32,000 bases of DNA from Candidatus Portiera aleyrodidarum (GTDB lineage: Bacteria; Pseudomonadota; Gammaproteobacteria; Johnevansiales; Johnevansiaceae). Every line of letters begins with the position of its first letter. Within the stretch, counting starts at the first letter, position 1. Under the pieces are notes generated by a model. It did not search any database, was not told the DNA's origin, and saw only the letters and a list, made by a program, of their open reading frames with translations. Positions 9,509 through 19,147 of this stretch are shown piece by piece. The stretch covers positions 1-32,000 of the forward strand of contig NZ_LN649255.1 of assembly GCF_000953295.1 (NCBI RefSeq). Direction: 5' to 3'. The position numbers and the translations under genes were made by a program.

Positions 9509-9543
9509 TGTATATATTATATATATTTAAAATATTACGTCAA
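9509..9543 (-). promoter_or_regulatory. Putative sigma70 promoter for the tRNA-Leu / tRNA-fMet / nusA-infB operon
   Basis: Minus strand reads TTGACG (9543-9538), 16 nt, TATAAT (9521-9516), 7 nt, then G1 of tRNA-Leu (9508). TTGACG is the only G/C-containing -35-like hexamer in an otherwise A/T-only spacer. Confidence 0.45.
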
Positions 9544-9739
9544 GGGATGAAATTAAAAACAACTTAAAGTTAATGAAATTAAAAAATAAATTAATAATAA
9601 AAAATTTATTAATTTAGTTAAGATTTTATAAAAAAATATACTATTAGAACAATTAACATTAAAATATATAATAAAAGTTATTATATTTATAAAATATATA
9701 ATATTTAATATTAATAAGAATTTCTTCAAGTTAATATTC

Positions 9740-11548
9740 CTAAATATATTTTTTTGGAAATTTTCCTTGCATTATTTTTTTTATCTGTTTAAAATTTATT
9801 GTTTCATAATGAAATAAAGCTTCTGCCATTAAATCAAGTTTCTCTATATTGTTAACTATAATTGAATAAGATATTAAATAACATTCTTCAATAAGTTTTA
9901 TTATTTCTTTATCTAATTTTTCATAAGTTTTTATAGAAATTAAAAATTTTTTATTATTAATTTGATTATTTAATTTATATTCATCATACATTATTGGTCC
10001 CATTTCTGAAGAAAACCCCCATTTATACACCATTTGATGAGCTAATTCTGTTGCACATTTTATATCATTTGAAGCTCCTGTAGTAACACCATTAACTCCT
10101 TGTGTTATCTCTTCAGCAACACGACCACCAAATAAAGAACAAATTTTACTAATTAATTGTTTACGAGAATAACAATATCTATCTATTTTTGGTAAAAACA
10201 TTGTAACACCTAATGCTTGTGCTCTTGGTATAATAGTTACTTTATATATAGGATCATGTTCTGGTATTAATAAACCTATAATAGCATGCCCTGCTTCATG
10301 ATATGCTGTATTTCGTTTTTCTTTTTCTGACATTACCATAGAACGGATTTCATTCCCCATTATAAGTTTATCTTTTGCTTTTTCTAATTCATTCATACTA
10401 ACTAAATTTAATTTCCTTTTTGCTGCTAAAATTGCTGCTTCATTAACTATATTAGCTAATTCAGCTCCAGAACATCCTGGAGTCCCCAATGCAATTATTT
10501 TAGGTTCTACATCATCAGATAAAGGAATTTTTCTCAAATGTAGATTAAGTATATTTTCTCTACCCACAATATCTGGTAAAGTTACATTAACTTTTCTATC
10601 AAACCTTCCTGGTCTTAATAATGCTTTATCTAACACATCAGGCCGATTAGTTGCAGCGATAACAATAGTCCCTTTATTTGATTCAAAACCATCCATTTCA
10701 ACTAATAATTGATTTAAAGTTTGTTCTCTTTCATCATGACCTCCTCCACCTAAACTTGAACCTCTTGTTCTACCTACTGCATCTATCTCATCTATAAAAA
10801 TAATACAAGGTGATTGTTTTTTTGCTTGAATAAACATATCTCTAACCCTAGAAGCACCTACTCCTACAAACATTTCTACAAATTCAGAACCAGAAATAGT
10901 AAAGAATGGGACTTTTGCTTCTCCAGCTATCGCTTTTGCAAGCAAAGTTTTACCAGTGCCAGGAGGCCCTATCATTAAAACACCTTTTGGAATTTTACCT
11001 CCTAATTTTTTAAATTTTTTTATATTTTTTAAAAAATCTACTAAGTCTTCAACTTCTGATTTAGCTTCATCACAACCTGCAACATCTCTAAACGTAATTT
11101 TTATTTGATCTTTTAAAATTACTTTAGCTTTAGATTTACCAAAAATAATTGGCCCACCTTTACCTCCAACATTAATTTGCATTTGTCGCATAAAAAATAA
11201 TAAAACAGCGATAATAATTAATATTGGAAAACTAGATATTAATAACTTTGACCATATACTTGTTTTATTTGGTTCTCTTCCTTCTATCGAAACATTATGA
11301 TTTAATAAATCATCAATTAAACTAGGATCTTCAATTGTTGGTCTAATTGTTTTAAAAATAGACCCATCTTTATGTTGCCCATTTATAAAATATCCATCAA
11401 TAATAATATTACGGATTTTATTTTTATGTAATTCTTGTACAAATTGAGAATAACTTAAGATTTGTGTATGAGAATCAATACCAATATTATTAAAGAATGT
11501 TAATAAAATTGCTACTATAATTAACCAATTAATCAGGTTTTTAGCCAT
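9740..11548 (-). CDS. ftsH: ATP-dependent zinc metalloprotease FtsH
   Basis: 602 aa. N-terminus [16 protein letters not shown] matches the E. coli FtsH start. Walker A GPPGTGKT, second region of homology, and zinc motif HEAGHA. Confidence 0.96.
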   Translation of the reverse strand: MAKNLINWLIIVAILLTFFNNIGIDSHTQILSYSQFVQELHKNKIRNIIIDGYFINGQHKDGSIFKTIRPTIEDPSLIDDLLNHNVSIEGREPNKTSIWSKLLISSFPILIIIAVLLFFMRQMQINVGGKGGPIIFGKSKAKVILKDQIKITFRDVAGCDEAKSEVEDLVDFLKNIKKFKKLGGKIPKGVLMIGPPGTGKTLLAKAIAGEAKVPFFTISGSEFVEMFVGVGASRVRDMFIQAKKQSPCIIFIDEIDAVGRTRGSSLGGGGHDEREQTLNQLLVEMDGFESNKGTIVIAATNRPDVLDKALLRPGRFDRKVNVTLPDIVGRENILNLHLRKIPLSDDVEPKIIALGTPGCSGAELANIVNEAAILAAKRKLNLVSMNELEKAKDKLIMGNEIRSMVMSEKEKRNTAYHEAGHAIIGLLIPEHDPIYKVTIIPRAQALGVTMFLPKIDRYCYSRKQLISKICSLFGGRVAEEITQGVNGVTTGASNDIKCATELAHQMVYKWGFSSEMGPIMYDEYKLNNQINNKKFLISIKTYEKLDKEIIKLIEECYLISYSIIVNNIEKLDLMAEALFHYETINFKQIKKIMQGKFPKKYI

Positions 11549-11575
11549 ATTTTCACATTATTTTTTTATTACAAA

Positions 11576-12064
11576 TTACAAATGTTCTATTAAATTAATT
11601 TCATACTTTACATTTCCACCTGGTGTATTTACATTAACAATCTCACCTTTTTTTTTTCCAATTAAAGCTCGTGCTATTGGAGATCTAATAGAAATTTTCT
11701 TTTTTTTTATATTAGCTTCATCTTCTCCTACAATTTTATATTTTATTTTTTTATTATTAATTAACTTTATTAAAGTAACTGTTACTCCAAATATAATTTT
11801 ACCATTTGGATATATTTTTGTTATATCAATAACTTGTGAATTTGCAAGTTTATTTTCAAGTTCTTTAATACGTCTTTCTAAAAAAACTTGTTGTTCGAGA
11901 GCCGCATGATATTCAGCATTTTCTTTTAAATCACCATGTTTTCTTGCTTCAGTAATATCATTTATTATCTTATTTCTATTTATAGTTTTTAGTTTATTAA
12001 GTTCTTTTTTTAAAATTTTTTCACCTTCTTTTGTCATAGGTATTTTATTTGATGATTCCATCAT
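11576..12064 (-). CDS. greA: Transcription elongation factor GreA
   Basis: 162 aa. N-terminal coiled-coil (IPMTKEGEKILKKELNKLK) and C-terminal FKBP-like domain (SIRSPIARALIGKKKGE). TAATG overlap with the carB stop. Confidence 0.9.
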   Translation of the reverse strand: MMESSNKIPMTKEGEKILKKELNKLKTINRNKIINDITEARKHGDLKENAEYHAALEQQVFLERRIKELENKLANSQVIDITKIYPNGKIIFGVTVTLIKLINNKKIKYKIVGEDEANIKKKKISIRSPIARALIGKKKGEIVNVNTPGGNVKYEINLIEHL

Positions 12065-15000
12065 TAAATAACTCCTGTATACATATCTTGAATATTTCTT
12101 ACTTTATTTATTTTATTACAATATTTTAATGCCATACATATAGAATATGCGCCTGCAATTGTAGTTGTGTATGGCACTTTTTTGATAATTGCTGTATTAC
12201 GAATTATATAATTTTTATTTATTAAATTATTTTTTTTATTTATTGTATTTATTACATAATTTATTTTATATTTTTTAAAAATAAAAATAATATTATTTTT
12301 ACTAATACTTTTAACTAAAAGTCCATTTTTTAATATAATTTTAGCAGTTCCAATAGTAGCAAATAAATTAAAACCTAATTTTATTAAATTTTTTGCTATT
12401 TTTGAAATTTTCTTTTTATCATTATTACATACTGAAATAAAAGCAATAAGTTGTTTTTTTTCTTTTATTTTTATAATAGGCATTCCAATACTTAATTGTG
12501 ATTTATAAAAAGCTTCACTAAAATTACTACCTATCCCCATAACTTCACCAGTAGATTTCATTTCAGGGGATAATACAGGAGCTACACCTATAAATTTATT
12601 AAAAGGTAAAACAGCTTCTTTTACACCATAAAATTTCGGTTTTATGTTTTTTAATATTTTTTGATAATAATTTAAAGATTTACCTATCATACAATTTGCA
12701 GCTATTTTAGCTAAAGAAAAACCTATACATTTTGAAACAAAAGGTATTGTACGTGAAGCTCTAGGATTTACTTCTAAAATATAAATTTTTTTATTTTTAC
12801 AAGCTATTTGACAATTCATTAAGCCTATTATTTTTAATTCAATAGCTATTTTTTTGATTTGTTTTTTTATTTCATTTTGAATTTTTATATCTAAGTAAAA
12901 AGGTGGGAAGGAACATGCTGAATCGCCTGAATGAATACCAGCTTGTTCTATATGTTGCATAATTCCACAAATTATAATTTCTTTACCATCTGATAAAGCA
13001 TCAATATCAATTTCTATTGCTTTATTTATATATTTATCTAATAAAATTGAATTTGTTTTTGATAATTTAAAAGCTTTTTTTATATATTTTTCTAATTCTT
13101 TTACATTATAAACTATTTCCATTGCTCTACCTCCTATAACATAAGAAGGACGAACAATTAATGGATATCCTATTTTTTGAGCTTGAATTAAAGCATCTTT
13201 TAAATTAAAAGCAATTTCATTTTCAGGTTGTATTAATTTTATTTTTTTAATTAAATTTTTAAATTTTTCTCTATCTTCAGCTATATCTATTGCTAAGTTA
13301 TTAGTACCAATAATAGGAATTTCTTCTTTATTTATATTTTTTATTATTTTTAAAGGTGTTTGTCCACCAAATTGTATAAGAACTCCTTTTGGTTTTTCTT
13401 TTCTTATAATTTCTAATATATCTTCTAAAGTTATCGGTTCAAAATATAATTTATCACTAATATCATAATCAGTAGAAACTGTTTCTGGATTACAATTAAT
13501 CATAATCGTTTCATATCCATTTTCACGCATAGCAATTGCTGCATGAACACAACAATAATCAAATTCAATACCTTGTCCAATTCGGTTAGCTCCACTTCCT
13601 ATTATAATAATTTTATTATAAGTATTATTAATATTAGCTTCACATTCTTCATCATATGTAGAATACAGATAAGCAGTTGAAGTAGTAAATTCTGCTGAAC
13701 AAGTATCAACTCTTTTATATACTGGATGTATATTTAATTTTTTACGTAATTCTCTAATTTTATTTTCATTAACATTTAATAATTTAGCAATTCTATTATC
13801 ACTAAAACCTTGTTTTTTTAGTAAATATAAATTATCAAAATTAATATTATTTATATTCTTTTTTAAAAAAATATTTTCTATTTTTATTAATTCTTTAATT
13901 TGATTTAAAAACCAAACATCAATTTTTGTATAATTAAAAATTTCTTTTATTGTAAATCCAGCTCTAAAAGCATCAGCAATATAAAAGATACGCTCCGAGC
14001 CTGGATTTTGTAATTCATTTTTTATTATATTTAAAGAATCTTTTTTATAATTTAGTACTTTATTATTTAAGCCATTAATACCTATATCTAAACTACGTAA
14101 TGCTTTTTGTAATGATTCTTTAAAATTTCTTCCTATTGCCATTACTTCACCTACAGATTTCATTTCTGTTGTTAATCTATCATTAGCTTTAGGAAATTTT
14201 TCAAAGTTAAAAATAGGTATTTTAGTAACGATATAATCTAGAGTTGGTTCAAAAGAAGCAGGGATTTTACCTTTTGTAATCTCATTTTTTAATTCATCTA
14301 ATGTATAACCTATTGCTAATTTAGCTGCTATTTTAGCTATAGGAAATCCTGTCGCTTTTGATGCTAAAGCTGAAGATCTAGATACTCTAGGATTCATTTC
14401 TATTACTACCATTTTTCCTGTTTTTGGATTTATGCCAAATTGAACATTAGATCCTCCACTATCTATTCCAATTTCTTTTAATACAGAAATTGAAGCATTC
14501 CGCATTATTTGATATTCTTTATCAGTTAATGTTTGAGCAGGTGCTACTGTTATTGAATCCCCAGTATGTATCCCCATTGTATCAAAATTTTCTATTGAAC
14601 ATATAATAATACAATTTCCTTTTTTATCACGTAATAACTCCATTTCATATTCTTTCCAACCATTTAAATATTCATCTATTAATAATTCTTTTGTAGGAGC
14701 AATATTAAAACCTCTTATACAAATTTTTTTTAATTCTTCAAAATTTTTTGCTATTCCACCACCAAAACCACCCATGGTATATGAAGGACGTATAATACAA
14801 GGAAAACCTAGTTTATTTTTTATTTTATATATATCTTTTATATATCTAACTATTACTGATTTAGGACTCTCTAGCCCAATATTGTTCATTATATTAATAA
14901 AATTTTTACGATTTTCAGCTTTTTTTATAGTAGATATATTAACTCCAATAATTTTTACATTAAAAGTTTTTAATACACCATATTTATATAAATCTAATGC

Positions 15001-15294
15001 ACAGTTTAAGGCTGTTTGACCTCCCATTGTTGGAAGAACTGCATCTGGTCTTTCTTTTTCAATAATCTTAGATAAAATTTCCCAGTTTATTGGCTCAATA
15101 TATGTAGAATTAGCTATCTGTGGATCTGTCATAATTGTAGCTGGGTTTGAATTAACTAATATAACATATATACCTTCTTCTCTTAAAGCTTTGCATGCTT
15201 GTACTCCAGAATAATCAAATTCACAAGCTTGACCAATAATAATAGGTCCAGAACCTATAATTAATACTTTTTTTATATATGTATATTTGGGCAT
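12064..15294 (-). CDS. carB: Carbamoyl-phosphate synthase large subunit
   Basis: 1076 aa, full length. Duplicated ATP-grasp halves, N-terminus [30 protein letters not shown] and an MGS-like C-terminal domain. Downstream of carA. Confidence 0.96.
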   Translation of the reverse strand: MPKYTYIKKVLIIGSGPIIIGQACEFDYSGVQACKALREEGIYVILVNSNPATIMTDPQIANSTYIEPINWEILSKIIEKERPDAVLPTMGGQTALNCALDLYKYGVLKTFNVKIIGVNISTIKKAENRKNFINIMNNIGLESPKSVIVRYIKDIYKIKNKLGFPCIIRPSYTMGGFGGGIAKNFEELKKICIRGFNIAPTKELLIDEYLNGWKEYEMELLRDKKGNCIIICSIENFDTMGIHTGDSITVAPAQTLTDKEYQIMRNASISVLKEIGIDSGGSNVQFGINPKTGKMVVIEMNPRVSRSSALASKATGFPIAKIAAKLAIGYTLDELKNEITKGKIPASFEPTLDYIVTKIPIFNFEKFPKANDRLTTEMKSVGEVMAIGRNFKESLQKALRSLDIGINGLNNKVLNYKKDSLNIIKNELQNPGSERIFYIADAFRAGFTIKEIFNYTKIDVWFLNQIKELIKIENIFLKKNINNINFDNLYLLKKQGFSDNRIAKLLNVNENKIRELRKKLNIHPVYKRVDTCSAEFTTSTAYLYSTYDEECEANINNTYNKIIIIGSGANRIGQGIEFDYCCVHAAIAMRENGYETIMINCNPETVSTDYDISDKLYFEPITLEDILEIIRKEKPKGVLIQFGGQTPLKIIKNINKEEIPIIGTNNLAIDIAEDREKFKNLIKKIKLIQPENEIAFNLKDALIQAQKIGYPLIVRPSYVIGGRAMEIVYNVKELEKYIKKAFKLSKTNSILLDKYINKAIEIDIDALSDGKEIIICGIMQHIEQAGIHSGDSACSFPPFYLDIKIQNEIKKQIKKIAIELKIIGLMNCQIACKNKKIYILEVNPRASRTIPFVSKCIGFSLAKIAANCMIGKSLNYYQKILKNIKPKFYGVKEAVLPFNKFIGVAPVLSPEMKSTGEVMGIGSNFSEAFYKSQLSIGMPIIKIKEKKQLIAFISVCNNDKKKISKIAKNLIKLGFNLFATIGTAKIILKNGLLVKSISKNNIIFIFKKYKINYVINTINKKNNLINKNYIIRNTAIIKKVPYTTTIAGAYSICMALKYCNKINKVRNIQDMYTGVI

Positions 15295-15313
15295 ATGTAT
15301 TCCATTTTAGAAT

Positions 15314-16399
15314 TTATTTTTTTAATTTTTTTATAAATCGATAAAATAATAAATATGAATCGTGTGGGCCTGGACTCGCTTCTGGATGGCCTTGAAAACT
15401 AGAAGCAGGACAATCTGTCCTTTCTATACCTTGTAAAGTCCCGTCAAACAAAGATCTATGGGTAATTCTTATATTTTTTGGTAAATTCTGTTCGTCCACA
15501 ACAAAACAATGATTTTGACTTGTAATAAAAATTTTTCCAGTTTTAATTTCTAATATTGGATGATTAGAACCATGATGCCCAAAGTTCATTTTAATTGTTT
15601 TTGCTCCACTAGCCAAAGCCAATAATTGATGTCCTAAACAAATACCAAATAAAGGAAGTTTAAAATCACACAATTTTTTTATAGTAGATATAGAAAAATT
15701 ATAATTTTCAGGATTACCTGGTCCATTAGATAATAAAACTCCATCTGGTTTCATTGAAATAATTTCTTTAAATGAAGTTTTATATGAAACTATTGTAATA
15801 CGACATCCTAATTTTTTTAATATTCTTATTATATTATATTTAGTACCAAAATCATAAACAATAATATGATTATTATATTTTTTATAATTATAATTTTTTT
15901 TATTATAATTTATTAATTTAATATTTTTATAATTTAAATTTTTACGCGCTAATTTTCTTGCTAATTTAATATAATTATTATTTATATTATTAACAGTTAA
16001 AATAGCACCATTTTTTATACCTTTATCTCTTAAATTAATAGTTAATTTTCGTGTATCAATATTTGCTATACAAACTATCTTTTGATTTTTTAAATATTCT
16101 CTTAATGAACAATTACTACGATAATTACTAATTAATATACTAGGAATACAATTTAATATTAATCCAGATACACAAATTTTTTTATATTCTATATCATATT
16201 TATTAATACCTGTATTTCCTATATGAGGATTAGTAAATGTTACTATTTGTTTAAAATAAGAAGGATCTGTTATAATTTCTTGATATCCTGTAATTGAAGT
16301 ATTAAAAATTATTTCACCTGAAGTCTTACCATAATCTCCTATAGAAATCCCTTTAAAAATACTTCCATCTTCTAATGCTAATAACGCAATTTTATACAA
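15314..16399 (-). CDS. carA: Carbamoyl-phosphate synthase small (glutaminase) subunit
   Basis: 361 aa. Class-I glutamine amidotransferase with GICLGHQ catalytic Cys and the HP..E triad region (FQGHPEASPGPHD). TTG start (plus-strand caa at 16397-16399), as known for E. coli carA. Confidence 0.93.
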   Translation of the reverse strand: MYKIALLALEDGSIFKGISIGDYGKTSGEIIFNTSITGYQEIITDPSYFKQIVTFTNPHIGNTGINKYDIEYKKICVSGLILNCIPSILISNYRSNCSLREYLKNQKIVCIANIDTRKLTINLRDKGIKNGAILTVNNINNNYIKLARKLARKNLNYKNIKLINYNKKNYNYKKYNNHIIVYDFGTKYNIIRILKKLGCRITIVSYKTSFKEIISMKPDGVLLSNGPGNPENYNFSISTIKKLCDFKLPLFGICLGHQLLALASGAKTIKMNFGHHGSNHPILEIKTGKIFITSQNHCFVVDEQNLPKNIRITHRSLFDGTLQGIERTDCPASSFQGHPEASPGPHDSYLLFYRFIKKLKK

Positions 16400-17207
16400 A
16401 TTTCTTTTCCTCTTTTAGTACATCTTGCATAGTATAATATCCATTTTTTTTATTTTTAATCCATTTTGCTGCAACTAATGCTCCATAAGCAAATACTAAT
16501 CTATTTGTTACTTTATGATTAATTTCTATTATTTCCCCTGATTTTGAAGCATAAATTATTTTATGTTCTCCTATTATATCTCCTGCTCTAATTATTGAAT
16601 ATCCTATTGTATTTTTAATACGTGGACCATTTTTTTTCAGATAAACTTTAAGAGTATTTAGACTGTATCCTATAATCTCAGCTATCTTTTTGCCTATAAA
16701 TAAGGCAGTTCCAGAAGGACAATCAATTTTCTTATTATGATGATATTCAATAATTTCTATATCAAAATCTTTTATTATTAATTTTTTTGTTATCTTAATA
16801 ATTATATCTGATATAATATTAGCACCTATACTCATATTAGCTGACAATACAAATGGTACTTTATTTTTAAACATTTTTATTTTTTTTAATTGTTTTTTTT
16901 TAAATCCTGTAGTCCCAATAATTATTGATTTCTTATTTTTATAACAATATTCTAAATTTTTTAAACTTAATTTTGTATTTGTAAAATCTATTATTGTATC
17001 AAATTTATTTTTTATATCTTTTATATTTCCAACAGTTTTTATATTTAATTTACCTAAACCTATTATTTCACCAATATCTTTTCCTATTAATTTATTTTTT
17101 GGATTTATTACAGCACCTATTAATTTAAAATTTTTCTCACTTGTTATAGTTTTAATTAATAATTTTCCAATACGACCAATTGCCCCTAAAATAATTACTT
17201 TTATCAT
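16392..17207 (-). CDS. dapB: 4-hydroxy-tetrahydrodipicolinate reductase
   Basis: 271 aa. N-terminal Rossmann GxxGxxG (ILGAIGRIGK), IIGTTGF, the EYHHNKKIDCPSGTA substrate-binding motif and RAGDIIGEH. Overlaps the carA start by 8 nt. Confidence 0.92.
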   Translation of the reverse strand: MIKVIILGAIGRIGKLLIKTITSEKNFKLIGAVINPKNKLIGKDIGEIIGLGKLNIKTVGNIKDIKNKFDTIIDFTNTKLSLKNLEYCYKNKKSIIIGTTGFKKKQLKKIKMFKNKVPFVLSANMSIGANIISDIIIKITKKLIIKDFDIEIIEYHHNKKIDCPSGTALFIGKKIAEIIGYSLNTLKVYLKKNGPRIKNTIGYSIIRAGDIIGEHKIIYASKSGEIIEINHKVTNRLVFAYGALVAAKWIKNKKNGYYTMQDVLKEEKKFV

Positions 17208-17245
17208 AAATTTTATTATTTTCCTTTTTTTTTACTAAAAATTTT

Positions 17246-17827
17246 TTAATAACCTATTAAAATAGATGATGGTAATGAAGCAAAATTTATTAAAGGACAT
17301 ATAATTATATTATCTATTAAATTTATAATTATAAAAGCAGCAATTGGAGAAATATCTATTATTCCAATAGTAGGAATAATTTTTCTTAATCTTAACATTA
17401 TAGGTTCTGTTATTTGTGTTATTAATAATGAACCTGGGTGCTCAGATTTATTTAATATCCAACTAATAATAGTCAAAATTATTAATGCAAAAAAATATAA
17501 TCTAATTAATATATTTAATACACTAGCTACAGATCCAATAAATAAATTTATTATTGGTGGTATATTATTAATATATAATAAATAAATTATAGATATAGAA
17601 AATATTTTAATAAATATAGCTGATATAAAAGTTGCTAAATCAAACCAACCAATAGATTTAATAATTTTTTTTATTGGACTAACAATAAAAGATGTAATTT
17701 TTATTATATTTTGTGTGATAGGATTATTTTTATCTGCACAAGAAATATGTAACGCAAAACGTAACATTAACAGAAAAGTATATAAATTAAATAATGTATT
17801 AATTAAAGATAAACCAATATTTTCCAT
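17246..17827 (-). CDS. yggT: YggT-family integral membrane protein
   Basis: 193 aa, multi-pass hydrophobic. Collinear with E. coli YggT, for example LYTFLLMLRFALHISCADKNNPITQNIIKIT versus LYTMVLLLRIWMQWAHCDFYNPFSQFVVKVT, with the second YGGT repeat near the C-terminus. Confidence 0.78.
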   Translation of the reverse strand: MENIGLSLINTLFNLYTFLLMLRFALHISCADKNNPITQNIIKITSFIVSPIKKIIKSIGWFDLATFISAIFIKIFSISIIYLLYINNIPPIINLFIGSVASVLNILIRLYFFALIILTIISWILNKSEHPGSLLITQITEPIMLRLRKIIPTIGIIDISPIAAFIIINLIDNIIICPLINFASLPSSILIGY

Positions 17828-17893
17828 ATATTTTATACTCCAATAATAATATAATTATATTATATAATTTTATATAAATAAAAAATAATTAAT

Positions 17894-19084
17894 ATGAAGA
17901 ATATAAAAAATATTTTAAAAAAAATTAAATTAAATACAAAAAAAATTTTAATTGAAAAAATTTTAATAAAAAAAATCAAATCTGGAAAAATCTTAAATAT
18001 AAAAATAGGTCTAGATCCTACTACTCCTAATTTGCATTTAGGTCATTTTGTTTTAATAAAAAAATTAAAACAATTACAAGATTTAGGTCATAAAATCTTA
18101 TTTATTATTGGAGATTTTACTGGGATAATAGGAGATCCAACCGGTAAAAATCTAACTAGAAAAAGTTTAACAAAAGAACAAATAAAAATAAATGCAATAA
18201 AATGTAAAAAACAAATATTAAAAATATTTAATCCTAAAAAAATAAAAATTTTATTTAATTCAGAATGGTTAAAAAAAATTTCTATCTTAAAAATAATTAA
18301 GATTTTATCTAAAGTTACAATCTCTAAAATGTTAGAAAGAAAAGATTTTAATAAAAGATATAAAACTGGTTCTAGTATTTCTATACATGAATTTATATAC
18401 CCTTTAATACAAGCTTATGATTCCGTAGTTCTTAAAGCAGATATAGAAGTAGGAGGTATTGATCAATTATTTAATCTTTTAATAGGAAGAGAATTACAAA
18501 AAGTTTTTAATCAAGAACCTCAAAATCTAATTACTATGCCAATACTTGAGGGATCTGATGGAAAAAAAAAAATGTCAAAAACTCTTAATAATTATATTAA
18601 TATTAATGATAAGCCTGGAGCTCTGTATAGAAAAATTATTTCTATAAATGATAATTTAATATATAAATATTTTAAATTATTATCAACTAAACCTATAAAT
18701 AATTTTATAAAAATTCAAAATCTAAATCCACGAAAACTTAAATTTAAATTAGCTACTGAATTAATAACGTATTTTTATAATAAAAATATAGCAAAAAAAG
18801 CATCAACTTTAATAGGAAATAAATTTCTTAATAATTTATTTCCAATAAATATTCCTAAAATTAAACTTATTATAAAAAAATTTATAAAAGTCCCAATAAT
18901 ATATATATTAAATAAATCAGGATTAGTAAAAAATAATTCACAAGCAAAAGATTTATTAAAAAACAAAAAAATTAAAATTAATAATATTTTTATAAAAAAA
19001 AATTATAAATTAATTTTCAATAAAATTTATTTAATACAAGCAGGAAATAAAAAATTTGCTATAATAAATTTATTGGGGCCATAG
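17894..19084 (+). CDS. tyrS: Tyrosine--tRNA ligase (short, type-2/TyrZ-like form)
   Basis: 396 aa class-I aaRS. GLDPTTPNLHLGH (HIGH), IGDFTGIIGDPTGK, KMSKT (KMSKS loop) and a C-terminal S4-like domain. The last 10 nt, including stop TAG at 19082-19084, lie inside tRNA-Ala. Confidence 0.9.
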   Translation: MKNIKNILKKIKLNTKKILIEKILIKKIKSGKILNIKIGLDPTTPNLHLGHFVLIKKLKQLQDLGHKILFIIGDFTGIIGDPTGKNLTRKSLTKEQIKINAIKCKKQILKIFNPKKIKILFNSEWLKKISILKIIKILSKVTISKMLERKDFNKRYKTGSSISIHEFIYPLIQAYDSVVLKADIEVGGIDQLFNLLIGRELQKVFNQEPQNLITMPILEGSDGKKKMSKTLNNYININDKPGALYRKIISINDNLIYKYFKLLSTKPINNFIKIQNLNPRKLKFKLATELITYFYNKNIAKKASTLIGNKFLNNLFPINIPKIKLIIKKFIKVPIIYILNKSGLVKNNSQAKDLLKNKKIKINNIFIKKNYKLIFNKIYLIQAGNKKFAIINLLGP

Positions 19085-19147
19085 TTTAAATGGTAGAATG
19101 CCTGCTTTGCACGTAGGAGATTAGGAGTTCAAATCTCCTTGGCTCCA
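19075..19147 (+). tRNA. tRNA-Ala (anticodon UGC)
   Basis: Hand-folded 73-nt cloverleaf: GGGGCCA-TA-GTTT-AAATGGTA-GAAT-G-CCTGC-TTTGCAC-GTAGG-AGATT-AGGAG-TTCAAAT-CTCCT-TGGCTCC-A. It has the G3:U70 alanine identity pair. The anticodon arm is near-identical to E. coli tRNA-Ala(UGC). No encoded CCA. Confidence 0.92.

Noticed and set aside
9587-9616. Perfect 11-bp inverted repeat (taaattaataa / ttattaattta, 8-nt loop) downstream of ftsH as an intrinsic terminator
   Set aside because: The stem is entirely A:T with no G:C pairs and lies about 125 nt from the ftsH stop. Such palindromes arise easily at this composition. I found no convincing G:C-rich terminator hairpin anywhere in the window.
9509-9739. 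Possible pseudogene remnants of secG/tpiA/glmM/folP, or a small RNA gene, in the 231-bp spacer
   Set aside because: There is no ORF of meaningful length in either strand. The composition is almost pure A/T, and I could draw no conserved structured-RNA-like G:C pairing by eye. Remnant homology cannot be assessed without alignment.
14774-15019. 81-aa ORF antisense within carB
   Set aside because: It lies opposite a highly conserved ATG-grasp segment of carB. The hydrophobic low-complexity translation is typical of the antisense of AT-rich coding DNA.
17828-17893. Divergent promoters in the yggT/tyrS spacer, and likewise in the map/rpsB spacer (22116-22203)
   Set aside because: Many TATAAT-like strings occur, but only because the spacers are pure A/T. 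No -35-like element or spacing distinguishes any candidate, so I do not call specific promoters there.
18775-18966. 63-aa ORF antisense within tyrS
   Set aside because: It sits inside the tyrS C-terminal domain coding region and has no independent support.
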